A DNA stretch of 63,898 nucleotides, filler included, from Octopus bimaculoides (lineage: Eukaryota): the NCBI RefSeq assembly GCF_001194135.2. It is 11 parts of 10 records of this genome, joined end to end, with 100 filler letters (N's around TTAATTAATTAA, not from the genome) between each part and the next. Parts side by side here need not be neighbours in the genome. Positions count along the whole stretch, not along the records: positions 1 to 5,871 come from NC_068988.1; positions 5,972 to 9,526 come from NW_026338140.1; positions 9,627 to 10,869 come from NC_068991.1; positions 10,970 to 16,580 come from NC_068985.1; 7 more parts are not named here. One strand, written 5' to 3'. The notes under the pieces were generated by a model. It saw only the letters and a list, made by a program, of their open reading frames with translations, was not told where the DNA came from and did not search any database. Positions 1-12,199 of the stretch are shown piece after piece; position 1 is the stretch's first letter, and each line of letters begins with the position of its first letter. The translations under genes and the position numbers were made by a program.

Positions 1-40
<40 letters not shown>

Positions 41-1400
41 TTCATGTACATGTTTTTGAGTATTTAAAAGTATATGCATGAGAATGTTTCTGCTGAAGGG
101 AAGAAAATATTTGATTATATCAGACATACTCTTCACTTGCAGTAAATTTATTATGTGACTACTGTCCATACCCTCTGACAATTTTGCTTCTTATGCAGAT
201 TATACCGATCACTCTCCATTCATCATTAATCTTCTACTCACAGGCATGTATGTGTGTGCTAACTGACCTAAGTGTCCTTGTGCATTTAGTCCTGGGGACT
301 ACCAATTCAAAGAACCCTCATCTCATTGTTTTGGTTGAAATAAGCTGAAATTAAATTAATTAAATTGAATATTTAACTGCTACAGAAAAAGCAATATATT
401 GTTTTATAACTATTTTACAAAGGATAAAAATCATAGAACTTTTCAGGGATGCCACATTCTCCTTTGCAAAGAATAAAAAACAATCAATGGAAAAGGGGAT
501 TTCAAGTATAACATTGGAGAAATCCTGTTAGCAGTTATTTTGTATTGTAAGCAATAAAACAACAGTCAATAGGTAGATGGTTCTACTCATGTCATTGAGT
601 ATGTTGCTCATTTCCCTTTTAAATTGGTGTTTTTAAAGGCTTAATATGATTTACAATGAAATATTACCTATGTTTCCTCTGAGTGCTTCTCTAACACTGC
701 TGACTTTAACTGCACTGTGGTAAACATATTTTCTTAAACATTCACTGTTAAGTATAGAGTAGTTCACAGTATTAGTCTCATATATATTCTGCAATTGCTC
801 ATTATCCTCGTAGCCTTTTATTGTATTTTTTCTATTATGCTTCCTGTATTCTTAATGCAACCGAAACTGACCTTTATGATATATTTATAGAATGAATTGT
901 CTTACTTGAGAGTCAGTTGGAAAATGTTTGTAAAGGAGAGCTAGTAACTTACCCAGAATTCTTAGTTTTAATCTCTTACACTATGACAGATTAAATCTGA
1001 TTTTATTATTTTTCAAACTTTTGGATATAAACTGGTATTTTTAGTAGGAATTAAGATATTTCATTGAAAAGGCTACTGTATTGCCAAGCCATGATAAAAG
1101 TAGGTGACAGTAAGGAAAAACTCTTGGAATAGGAACTGTGGAATGTAATCTCTGCATGGTTGCTTGAATTGCTAGAAACAGATGTAACATCTCCCTCTAG
1201 TCACAATGTCCTATCAAATAAATGCAATGAATAAAGGGCCAACAATAAGAAGAGATAACAACAGGAAAGACAATTTTCAAATTATTTGCATGTTCATGCA
1301 TGCACACACACTCACCCCCCACCCCCACACACGTGAGTAAGGGCATGAAGCAGTGATGAAAAGAATACTAACTTAGGATCAGTTCAAAAACGTTTACATA

Positions 1401-1825
1401 CAGTGAATGATTAAACAGTCAGTATTTATTAAAATATTTCTCATTTTCGAAATCTAGTGGAATCTACAGGTAAAATTTAATTTTTTTATGAATGCCTACT
1501 TTCAAACTCATGGCTGTTCTGATCCAAGCACTGCTGATAACATGAATCAATGGAATTGCAAACATCACAAAGCATTTTGTTTGGTGTTCATGTACATCCT
1601 TGTTTAATGGCTGCCCTCAACTCATCAGTTGTTGCTAGTTTTGTATTGTAAATCCTGTCTTTTAAGTATGCATATAAAAAGTCTGTTTTGAGGTTTGATG
1701 AATGCAGAACCTCTTCACCCAAATTACTTGTTTAGCAAAATATCATGGTAGCGTGGATATGCCCCATCTTGCTGGAAATGAAATTCCACATCTTCAAAAT
1801 TCACTTGAATGTTTGGCATGACAAA

Positions 1826-1857
<32 letters not shown>

Positions 1858-2790
1858 TTTTTAATGTCTGTTTTCCATGCTGGCATGGGTTGGATGGTTT
1901 GACCAGGGCTGGCAAGCAGGAAAGCTGTACCAGGATCCAGTCTGATTTGGCCTGGTTTCTATGGCTAGATGCCCTTCCTAAAGCCAACTACTTTACAGAG
2001 TGTGAGTACTTTTGACATGGTACTGGCATGAGCTCTCTTACATGGCACCAGCACCAGTGCTTTTTACATGGCACTGGCTCAGGGCTCTTGCAAGCCAATC
2101 ATCTTCATCAGGAGGAGTGCCTTAATACTTCTGCTGTGGAAGGGACCAGTCACCATACCATCAAAAATAGAATGGTTTGTTCAATCTTTTTGATAATAAT
2201 TTACCTGAATTTACAGCATGGGTACGCTTAATGTGATGTTCTTCATAACATATAAATTCTTAAGTTTCCAGTAAGTGAAACTGTGGCAGTTAATTAGCCA
2301 TTTAATTTAAATGTTGGCTTATCACTCCAAGCAATCTTTACTGCAAAGTGTGTGTCTTCTAAATAAGTATCACTCGAATCTTCTTCACTGAAAGCATCAA
2401 CAATTCTGGTAATGAAACTTTTAAAATGACAACACTTCAAAATGCGATGAACATCTGATTTTGAAATTCCCTTTTTTGGTAATAAATAATATGGCATACT
2501 GCTAGTCAGATAGTTTATCTGTAATAAATTTCTAGTACCATTTCTTGCTTTGCAGGGCTTGTCAATGTCCATAGTCTTTTGGAACATTTCTTGTGAACCT
2601 TCTGAATAATTCCATCTGCTTCTCTAATGCGAGTGATGGGAAGCTGCAGAATTTGATCTGTCTAAAACTCCTTCCTAAATTGTCTTTGCACTTTGACTGT
2701 ATTTGCAAACTTCTTGTAGCACTTTAGGATAAAGTTTTTGTTCAGAGCTTAATTTGGCTCCTTTTATTATTTCAAATAGGTTAAAACTAA
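1401..2790 (-). mobile_element. Degenerate Tc1/mariner-superfamily DNA transposon (rosa/maT-like motifs), interrupted by an RTE-tail insertion
   Basis: Minus-strand remnants ISKSDVHRILKCCHFK...AWSDKPTFKLNG (first catalytic D), FQQDGAYP (second D) and DFLYAYLKDRIYNTK...DELRAAIKQGC (C-terminus). Terminus TA|CAGTG at 1399-1405. The other end is probably lost at the gap near 2857. Confidence 0.75.
1826..2095 (-). mobile_element. RTE-type LINE/SINE 3' tail nested in the Tc1-like element
   Basis: (CAT)n followed by ttccatgctggcatgggttggatggtttgac...tagatgcccttcct, the reverse complement of the same tail family seen at 55387-55562. Confidence 0.75.
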
Positions 2791-3327
2791 AAATGAATGA
2801 AAATTGAATTATCAGCTACATTTGTTTGTGACATCATCCATGTATATATATACATANNNNNNNNNNNNNNNNNNNNNNNNTATATGTATATCTTGGGGAT
2901 CTTTTGCCTGTGCTTGAGGTCGTGGCGTTCCCATACTCCTGAATCTGTGAACCATATTGGCTCTGGACGTCTTGCTCTGGCTTGACTCTGAACCATGTCA
3001 GCTAGGTGGAGGGGATCTGTCAGGTACTGTGCAGGCCTTATTGGAGCTAAAATTGTAGGTTGTGCAATTGCTGGTAAGGTACTTATCTGATGCTTGGCTG
3101 AGTAGGAGAGTACAGCAGTGATCATGGAATCCACTGATGTGAATCTGGGTGAAGCCGACTGCTGGTGCAATAGGCATTTCTGTCATTCTGTGTGGGCAAT
3201 GCTCAGTGATGGTCATCCTTGGTCACGAGTTGACAGCCACCATATGCATGTATATGTATATATGCATATGTGTATATATAGAATATAAAGATTATTATAC
3301 AGTTCTATATTTAAGAGATGAGAAATT

Positions 3328-3791
3328 ACTCTTTACTCTCTTTTACCCTTTTACTTGTTTCAGTCATTTGACTGTGGCCATGCTGGAGCACTGCCTTTAG
3401 TCAAGCAAATCGACCCCAAGACTAATTCTTTGTAAGCCTAGTACTTATTCTATCGGTCAATTTTGCCGAACCGCTAAGTTACAGGGATGTAAACACACCA
3501 GCATCGGTTGTCAAGCAATGTTGGGGGAACAAACACAGACACAAACGTACACACACACAAACGTACACACACACACACACATATATATATACATATATAC
3601 GATGGGGTTCTCTATCAGTTTCCGTCTACCAAATCCAATCTCAAGGCTTCGGTCGGCCTGAGGCTATAAAAAGCTTTGGTCGGCCCGAGGCTATAATAGA
3701 AGACACTTGCCCAAGGTGCCACGCAGTGGGACTGAACCCGGAACCATGTGATTGGTAAGCAAGCTACTTACCACACAGCCACTCCTACACC
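3328..3791 (-). mobile_element. tRNA-derived SINE family B
   Basis: Reverse complement of the 21156-21556 copy, with head ggtgtaggagtggctgtgtggtaag, internal (TA)/(CA) tract and tail gtaaaagagagtaaagag. Confidence 0.85.
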
Positions 3792-3876
3792 TGTTTTGTA
3801 CATTTTGTACATAATTATGTACATTATTTACGTTATTTACATTCGACAGATATTTTTCCTCATCTTGTTTGTTGTT

Positions 3877-3922
3877 AACACAACGTTTCAGCTGATATAC
3901 TCTCCAGCCTTCTTCAGGGGTC
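3877..3922 (-). ncRNA. Minimal type I hammerhead ribozyme motif
   Basis: gaccc CTGAAGA aggctggagagtatatcagct GAAAC GTT gtgtt: intact core, stem II gctg/cagc, one mismatch in stem I. Confidence 0.55.
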
Positions 3923-3972
3923 TTGGGGGAAATTTTGAGCCTGGGTTCTCATTCCTAAGGTATTTTTCGATG

Positions 3973-4012
<40 letters not shown>

Positions 4013-4157
4013 GATTATTATTATTATTATCATTATTATTATTATCGTCATTATTATTATTATTGTTGTTATTGTTCAGGTCACTGCATGGAATCGAACT
4101 CGGAATCTTGGGGTTAGTAGCCCGTGCTCTTAACCCCTACACCATATGCCCGTGGGC

Positions 4158-4240
4158 AAGCACGGGCTACTAACCCCAAGATTCCGAGTTTGATTCTAAG
4201 CAGTGACCTGAACAATAACAGCAACAACAACAACAGCAAC

Positions 4241-4308
<68 letters not shown>

Positions 4309-4452
4309 CATCGAAAAATACCTTAGGAATGAGAATGCAGGTTCGAAATTTCCCCAAGACATCTGATGAAAGCTGGAGGGTATATCAGCCGAAACGTGTT
4401 AACAACAAACAAGATGAGGACAAATATCTGTCGAATGTAAATAATGTAAATA
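4158..4452 (+). mobile_element. Inverted, 5'-truncated second arm of the same hammerhead SINE-like element
   Basis: Reverse-complement copy of ~3820-4130 starting directly after the gcccgtgggc junction; contains CTGATGA...GAAACGT at 4363-4397. Confidence 0.75.
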
Positions 4453-4529
4453 AAGAATATTATGATGATCTACACCAATAGATATGCTGCATAAGTGCTA
4501 TAATCAGTCATCCATTAGGTTCCAAACTC

Positions 4530-5460
4530 ACAGCTGAGGCTGGAGCTAGGGATCTGTAGTAGGCTCCTTAGTCAGCATGTATGTATTAAAGGAAAAGGAA
4601 AACAAAACTAAGGCAGGCCGAGTATCTCAGGTCATTTAGAATATTTGGAGTAAGGTGAATCAAGAATGGAGAAGTGGAAGCAACTGTCTTACAGTTGTTT
4701 CTGGAATATCTCAGGTGATGGATCAACGTCTCTGTGCATTGGATATTCCGTGATCAGAGACAAGATGTGTATGCAGGAAAGTTCCAGACAGACAATTTAC
4801 AGTATATAGAAGAATAAAATAGTGGATAGAAGAATAAAAACAGGAGAATAAAGTTCACAGTTCATCTTGTTACAGAAGGTATGGAGGTTAGGCCGTAGTT
4901 CTGTGAAAGTAGAGCATCCCAGGTAAATCCAGGCAGTGTTTTGAATGTTGCATTTAGATTGAAGGAATAGATCAACTGGTTAGCGTGTAAGAAAAATGGT
5001 CTGCATGGTTATATAGTATGAGAGAGACAGACATCATGATAGACAGATAGATCAAAGAGAAAAGGTGGGTGAGAGATTGTGAGTGAGTGAAGAGAAGAGA
5101 CAAAAGAAAGAGAGACTAGTAGAAATGAGGATATAGATGTAAAGAGGGTAAGTACTGGAAATAAAAAGAATGAGAGTGAAAGTACAATAAGAAAGATAAA
5201 AGGTAAAAGACTGGCATTATTGTTCATCAGGGTAGGTTCAGGGTGAGAGGTCAGGGGTTTAGGCTTTGGTAAAATGGAGGAGGAAGGCATTTATGGTTAT
5301 TAAAGGGTAATTAAATAGATAGATGAATTCTAGGTTCAGCACACTAATGTAGCTGGTGGGGGTGGGTCTGCTGTAGGTATTGTGCTTTTTGCGAGGCCCA
5401 GGGGCGGGGAATGGAAGTGCCACACCGAGCAGCACACACTCTAGCTACGCTAGTGGTTCA
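4530..5460 (-). mobile_element. Highly degraded Penelope-like GIY-YIG 3' fragment (tentative)
   Basis: Minus-strand remnant IYCKLSVWNFPAYTSCL*SRNIQCTETLIHHLRYSRNNCKTVAS resembles the PLE IYCI.C....YIG.T...L..RF.EHLR.I.NN...VA motif. Stops and frameshifts present. Confidence 0.35.
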
Positions 5461-5871
5461 GTGTGGTTAGAAAGAATATTTAACTTCAATTCTGTGGTTG
5501 GTAAAGAGAGCTAAAATGCTAGAAATAGATGCCTAACTTAAGGAGATGGAACATATTTAAAACTGAAATTAAAAATTAATGATTAAAAAGACTATTGCAG
5601 CTAACAAACTTCAAAGATACTTATGTTGACGTAATAAGTATTAATAGATGAAGAAGATACATGTGTATATTGTTACAACTGTGAATGTGGAAAGGCAGGT
5701 GTCATGTGTGTTGATTTTGCATGCATTTTAACCTGTAGAAGAACGTACAGGTATGATAGAACTTATATTTGCATGAAGGGAATGCTTCATGCTGTCTATT
5801 ATGTAGGAATAAAGTATGCAATTATAACATGCGTTTTCTCCAATCCTTAAATTCTTATATATATATATATA

Positions 5872-5971
5872 NNNNNNNNNNNNNNNNNNNNNNNNNNNNN
5901 NNNNNNNNNNNNNNNTTAATTAATTAANNNNNNNNNNNNNNNNNNNNNNNNNNNNNNNNNNNNNNNNNNNN
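5872..5971. other. Artificial 100-bp scaffold spacer (N44-TTAATTAATTAA-N44)
   Basis: The identical construct recurs with the 12-mer at 5916, 9571, 10914, 16625, 25069, 27393, 36078, 53945, 60947 and 62799. The palindrome gives stop codons in all six frames. Confidence 0.95.
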
Positions 5972-5974
5972 TTA

Positions 5975-6060
5975 CTTCTGACATATGTTTCGAAGACAAC
6001 ATTGGTATTATTCCAAAGGAATAAATGGTGTAAAATAATGTAATCTTCTCATCAGGGAAA
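5975..6060 (-). ncRNA. Hammerhead ribozyme motif in the Penelope 3' terminal repeat
   Basis: CTGATGA gaagat...gtcttc GAAAC ATAT GTC: core intact, 6-bp stem II, palindromic stem III. Stem I has a first-pair mismatch. Confidence 0.55.
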
Positions 6061-6347
6061 GAAAGAGAATTAAACTCAACAATAAATCATTTTAACAAAT
6101 GTGATGACTGTGTAAATGATGAACAGAACGCTATTAAGTATTTAAAAAAAACGTTAGTAGATATGACGTCAAAGGTAGCGCATATGAAGAGAAGGGGTAA
6201 AGAAATCAATAAGGAGAGAACTAATAAAGGAGAAACATAGAGTGATATGTGAGTTAAATAAATGTTCAAAGGCTTGGAAATAGATATCTGTATTGGAAGT
6301 ATAGTGAAAGAAGAACTAAATGCTCAAACTATATAGATTAATAGAAA

Positions 6348-6983
6348 TCACCTATATGAGCTAAAGGCGTGTTTCTGCCAATGTTTACATCGGTAAGAAT
6401 GCTCTATAAACGTGTTTACAAGTGGATTCTTAGAAAAGAGAATGTGGAACAGTTCAGAATTACAAATGTTACAGAATTTTTTACCTTTGTCGTAAGGGAA
6501 AGAAATTGACAGGATGAACCAATCTAAATTAAATTTCTTATTATTATCTTTAAGATACCAAATCAATTTACTAAGTCCTGTGCTATTGCATTTACTACTA
6601 CCCCAAAATGTAGAATAATGATTGGAAATTCTTTTAGATAACTGAGAAGAAGCACCAATATAAAAATAGACTTCAGTACCGGAAGTAATTTTACACTGAT
6701 ATATAGAATTCGTAATCTTAGAATTATTAGACATAAATCTAATTCTATTGGGGTTGACTTCAGAGACCAAAACTTTGTTGTTGTTATTATTATTAGGGGA
6801 AAGGTTGGTATTAACTAAATTAATGTTGGAACTTTCAGTAAATGAATTTTTATTTAACAGGTCGATATTATGAGAAAATATAATTTGCGAAAGATGTTTT
6901 GTGTTGGAAAATGCTACTCTAAGTCTGTGAGAATTTATAATCAAATAATATCTAGAATTTTTTGGAAAGTTCTTACTAACCAC
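6348..6983 (-). pseudogene. Penelope-like GIY-YIG endonuclease coding remnant
   Basis: SIYQCKITSGTEVYFYIGASSQLSKRISNHYSTF...TGLSKLIWYLKD...CNICNSELFHIL follows the PLE GIY-YIG consensus. Confidence 0.85.
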
Positions 6984-7368
6984 TTCATGGAACTGTAAAA
7001 GAAGATTAGATTTAATTTGCCTTCCATATGGAATAACAAACTAAATAGTTTTGCTAGCACCAGTCAAATTTCTAAAGAACATCGTATTCCCTTTAGAATA
7101 AAAAAAATGGGCTTAAATAACGGTTATCTCCTTATGCTGTAAAAAAACCTTACTCTGTTTTGTGTTGGTGTCTATATCAAAATTAAAATCACTCTTCTTA
7201 TTACAACTACTAATCATGTCTCGATTAGCAGATGTAGATTGAGATTGAACAGAATTAATGTAGGCAACTTTTTTTTATACCCTGCTTTAACTAAGGCAGA
7301 ATTATAAAATTCAGCCTTGTCATTAAAAATGTCAACATTGGCAGATAGTTTAGACAATCTGAAATATT

Positions 7369-8352
7369 TTAAACTAAATTCTTAGTAACTACCCTAGCAT
7401 GATTACTGGAAAGGCTAATATACTTGAGATTGGTGGATGGTTTGTGGTCTGGGAAGTACGAGTTATTGTGCAAATTAAGTGTAATATCTAAAAAATTGGT
7501 TTTAGTTACATCATCATCAAAAACGATGCCTAAGCCCATTCTACAGAAAAACCTAACTAACCTATTCTTAACCTTCTGTATTTTTTGATTGGAAACATTT
7601 TGGAGGTAAAGTAAACAATCATCACGATATAGACCTCCACTGATGTCTGGGAATGGAAACTGGTCAGCCATTTCATAAAGTATATATACGCCGACTAAAT
7701 CTGCCATTTGTGCTGAATCGGAACTTCCCATCGTGACATGAAATCCGTCGGGTGTATCCTTACGGACCCACAGCTTTTTGTCAAATTTTATGATAGATTT
7801 TCTAGCTGCCAACACAACTTTAATCTCTTCTCTGGTGAGACCAGCTTTGTTGTGAGCAAGCCAAAGTGCCTTATTAAGTAATATTGGGTTTATGGAGGAC
7901 TAAAAGCTAGACATATTGAACTGGATAAATTTAGTGTAAACCTTATTAGTAATAGAAGTAAACCAATCAACGACTTGAAAAGAATTAGACCATAAACTAA
8001 GTTTTAATTTATTGACTAATGTAGGGACATATTTATCTAGGATGTTTTTACTAAGTATACCGATGTTTGAGCTGGAAGGACAGATAAGCCGTAAGGATGG
8101 GTTATTATAAAAGTTTTGTTTGTAGTCTTTTAAAATAAACCATGGTTGCTTAGGATCCAATGGTTCTGTATTCATCTGTAATCCATACATTTCCATAATT
8201 TCTTTAGCCTCAAGGTTAGCTTCCCTGATTGCATTCTTACTAGTAATCCAATAGTTTTTTTGAATTTCTTTTTTAAGCAGTTCCAGATAGTAGCTCTTAG
8301 TGAGTTTATAGAGGTTTCCCATTTTATCTGATTGAACAAGTATGTAATCCAT
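7369..8352 (-). pseudogene. Penelope-like reverse transcriptase coding remnant (YRDD type)
   Basis: LKDYKQNFYNNPSLRLICP, FIQFNMSSF, GSSDSAQMADLVG and LYRDD motifs, with a stop or frameshift between 7815 and 7900. Confidence 0.85.
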
Positions 8353-8862
8353 GTTATTAATTTCCTTGGAGATGTTGTGATGAGAAGATTACATTATTTT
8401 ACACCATTTATTCCTTTGGAATAATACCAATGTTGTCTTCAAAACATATGTTGGGAGTAAAAGAATAACATCTGCGTTTAACTCCATTTATTTACTTATA
8501 CTATACAAATTACTGCATATTAACCCGGAGTTTCTACCTTTGAATAGGTCGCTACATCCTCGTTACTTGTGTGAATTTTGCAACCCTGGTAACTGTTTAT
8601 TGAANNNNNNNNNNNNNNNNNNNNNNNNNNNNNNNNNNNNNNNNNNNNNNNNNNNNNNNNNNNNNNNNNNNNNNNNNNNNNNNNNNNNNNNNNNNNNNNN
8701 NNNNNNNNNNNNNNNNNNNNNNNNNNNNNNNNNNNNNNNNNNNNNNNNNNNNNNNNNNNNNNNNNNNNNNATATATATATATATATATATAAAGCGAGAG
8801 AGAGAGGTATTAGGAAAAAAAGTTGACACAGGAAAAACAATGGTTATGTTACAAACTTAATT

Positions 8863-8946
8863 AGTTTACAGCTGTTTCTACTATAAGAAGTAGTGAATTC
8901 TTAGTTGAGTGCTTGAATAACATCCTACAGCTTCATCAGAGCCTCA
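8863..8946 (-). ncRNA. Hammerhead-like motif (probable solo PLE terminal-repeat remnant)
   Basis: CTGATGA ... GAAAC AGCT GTA with palindromic stem III; stems I and II are weak. Confidence 0.35.
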
Positions 8947-9626
8947 AGTGCAATTTATATGGGAAGAAGGAATTACATTTGTGTAACATACAGGAAAGGC
9001 ATTATCAGTGAGAAAGTCATTACTGATGTATATAAAAAAGTGTATGTCCAAAAGACAATTAGAATTACTAGTAGAAAAAGTAATAAAAAGCATATCTATA
9101 TATACGCATGCACAAGCACACAAAAAAATGCACACAGAAACACATATGCACATACACACACAAACCTATGTGTGTATGTGTATATACATTTATACACACA
9201 CACACACATGAGATACATGAGCACGCAGAAAAAAGGAAAAAGAACTAGATGTACAGATCTATTCATATGTATATATGTCCACACATACACCAGACATATA
9301 TACACATTATAGATAGATATACACATGCATTTTTAGATATGCATATACAGATATACATATGTGTGTGTGTTCGCTTTTCACACGAAAACGGCTGCTTGAA
9401 TTGCTTCTATACTTGGGATGCATGAATAATTTGACCTCGGATACATAATAGGGTCTTCAGTTCATTTTTTAATTAAAAATAATACTGCTTTATATATATG
9501 ATTCACTTCTTTAAAAAGGTTTTTCANNNNNNNNNNNNNNNNNNNNNNNNNNNNNNNNNNNNNNNNNNNNTTAATTAATTAANNNNNNNNNNNNNNNNNN
9601 NNNNNNNNNNNNNNNNNNNNNNNNNN

Positions 9627-9691
<65 letters not shown>

Positions 9692-9977
9692 CACACACAT
9701 ACATACATATATATACACACATACACACAGTCAATTTGAGGGTGTCCTTAAGGATTATAAAATACAGATAACAACTGGTATTATCAATGATATATTGGAA
9801 GAATTCTCTCAATATATTGGGATAAACAGTCTAGTTTATATTTATATTTATATAAGAAAATGGAGAAAAAATATTGTAGATGCTTATTTTATTTGTATCG
9901 CAATAAGAACATAGCAAATAGTTTAATACAAATAAAATTTAAAGGAACATAAATTAACATAAAATAGGCATAAAAAA

Positions 9978-10098
9978 TGCCTACACATGTTTCAGTCTGG
10001 TCATTTGGTAAACAGTGCTTCGAATTCACAGGGTTTGAACCATGTTAAGAGTTTTAGATGTAAAAAATAATGCAATATGACCAGATATCTTCAGGGCT
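9978..10098 (-). ncRNA. Hammerhead ribozyme motif with well-formed stems
   Basis: gcc CTGAAGA ta tctggtcat...atgaccaga ct GAA AC ATGT GT A ggc: stem I gcc/ggc, 9-bp stem II, GUA cleavage triplet. Confidence 0.5.
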
Positions 10099-10984
10099 GC
10101 CTCATGCAGGCTAATGCTTACATATTTTTTCAGAGAAATACAAATTGGTGGTAAAAAACTAACTAGATAAGATACATGAGGACCACATATTCATATGTTA
10201 AGTATCCAAGTAATGTAAACATTAAGTCGTTAGAAAAGGAAGAGAGGATGTCGAAGAAGTAATAGGGGGAGGTATTAGCTAATTAAAACATGCTGAAAAA
10301 AACTCTTAGGGATTTCAAAAAAAAATATGGTTATGGCTTTTGAGGGACATTATGTAATCATTAAAAAATATATATAAACAGTTAGGAGTTGTGAGGTACA
10401 TTATGTAATTAGGGTAAGATATTGTGAAGACATTAAGTAAATAGATTGAACTAAAGAGAAGAAAAGGGGGAGATAAGAAAAATTTTTTTAGATAAATTTG
10501 TAATGAGAAATAAATTTGCTGGGGGAAAGAATAATGTGGGAGATATAGAGAAAAATTCTATTTGTTTTGCAAACGAAGCATACTGAAAGTATGAGTATAA
10601 AGTGTGTGGAAGATATAGATATATGTATACATGCAATTTTACATATATATGTGAGTGACAATATTTAGATGCAGGTAGAGTCTCAATTGTTATTGATGTT
10701 ATGGTATAAGTATATAATCCGTATATATATATATGACAAGATGTGTGTGTGTGTGTACGTGAATGTAATTTATGCACGTCCACAAATTAGCACGCATGTC
10801 GCTCCAATTTTAGGAGGAGATTCGTCATGACCCTATCTGCATTTTCATCAACTTTTTCTCTCAGAGGCANNNNNNNNNNNNNNNNNNNNNNNNNNNNNNN
10901 NNNNNNNNNNNNNTTAATTAATTAANNNNNNNNNNNNNNNNNNNNNNNNNNNNNNNNNNNNNNNNNNNNTATATATGTATATAC

Positions 10985-11020
<36 letters not shown>

Positions 11021-11086
11021 ACACAAATATATAAAAACACTATGCTCATTATATTAGGAGATTATTATCATAATTATTATCATCAT

Positions 11087-11117
<31 letters not shown>

Positions 11118-11169
11118 AGCATTATCATCATCTCATTATTATTATTGGTGTAGTTGTTATCATTACTAT

Positions 11170-11330
11170 TATATTTCACCCGTCTTTGCATTCTGTGTTC
11201 AAATTCCGCCGAAGTCGGCTTTGCTTTTCATCCTCTCGGGGTCGATAAAATAAGTACCAGTTGAACACTGGGATCAATGTAATCGACTCATCCCCACCTC
11301 CCACAAGCTGCCCTTGTGCTAAAAATTTGA
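11170..11330 (+). mobile_element. SINE family C (5'-truncated)
   Basis: ttctgtgttcaaattccgccgaagtcggctttgcttttcatcctctcggggtcgataaaataagtaccagttgaacactggg, shared with copies at 22700-22915, 45690-45905 and others. Confidence 0.8.
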
Positions 11331-11339
11331 AATAATAAT

Positions 11340-11367
11340 AATAATGATAATAATGATTATAAGTATA

Positions 11368-11431
<64 letters not shown>

Positions 11432-11600
11432 CCTTTGTAACACAATGCCTCAAAACTGTTTTATCGATGACCAGGTGATCCTCGGTGCCCTGAGAACTCT
11501 TTCTACATTCTTTATTATTATTATTATTGTTGTTGTTGTTGTTGTTATTATTATTATTATCATTATTATTATTATTATTATTATTACTATTATTATTATT
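11340..11600. repeat. (AAT)n/(TTA)n/(TTG)n microsatellite cluster
   Basis: Direct inspection. Confidence 0.9.
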
Positions 11601-11875
11601 TCTTATTTTTTCTGACCAGGCTCCCGTGGTTTTATGGGTTTTTCCACGTGTAACCTTTCCTTTTTCGAAGCGCCTCCCCCTTTGGGAGTTCTATTTATTT
11701 ATTTATCTATTTATTTATCTATTTATTTATTATATCTTTCTCCGTTTTCTTCCTCTGTTTAGACGAACTTTCCCACCTTTTCGGACAAAACCTTTTGTAA
11801 CCTTCGTCCTGTCTTTGTCCTTACATGTTTTTAATTGATATTAGCCCTTGCGGCCAATAAAACGAATTAATTATT
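11600..11875 (+). mobile_element. Probable L1/Tx1-like 3' UTR fragment
   Basis: Pyrimidine-rich tract ending in AATAAA plus a (TTA)n tail, similar in organisation to 15350-15510. Confidence 0.35.
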
Positions 11876-12199
11876 ATTATTATTACTATCATTTATACTT
11901 GAAAAGAAAAGACGCAACGTCGAACGCTCTACAGGTATTTGTAAATTAAGTTGTTTCAAAAGGTTTATTCATATTTCTGCTGAACTGTATTGCTAATAAG
12001 CTACCAAGCAAATATTCATAGTTAGCTTCATTTAATTTCAGTCGTCCGCAGTCTCAAAACTACCACATTTTAAAAACAAAGTGAGGGGGAGGAAAGGAAA
12101 ATTGCATTACTGCTTTCCCACGGTTAACACAAAACACCACCTCCGATACCATCACCGCCACTGAAACAACAACAACAACAACATAAATGACAACGACAG

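Larger units (their letters stand above)
3300..4157 (-). mobile_element. tRNA-head/(AAT)n/hammerhead SINE-like element, full-length left arm (contains nested SINE 3328-3791)
   Basis: Minus strand reads gcccacgggcatatgg..gtaggggttaagagc (A-box) ...gagttcgattcc (B-box), (AAT)n, then CTGAAGA...GAAACGTT and the 3' end ...tcttaaatatagaactg shared with 22103. Confidence 0.75.
5972..8600 (-). mobile_element. Penelope-like retroelement, near complete, ORF broken into three pieces
   Basis: ORF pieces 7900-8352 (N-terminal RT region), 7369-7815 (MGSSDSAQMADLVG, GLYRDD, NFLDITLNL) and 6348-6983 (GIY-YIG: SIYQCKI...YIGASSQLSKRISNH, plus a CNICNSE motif). Flanked by an 83-bp inverted repeat carrying a hammerhead core. 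Confidence 0.9.

Noticed and set aside
4114-4366. Poly-Leu/Asn/Ile ORFs here and at 22228-22715
   Set aside because: They arise from the (AAT)n spacer of the non-coding hammerhead element.
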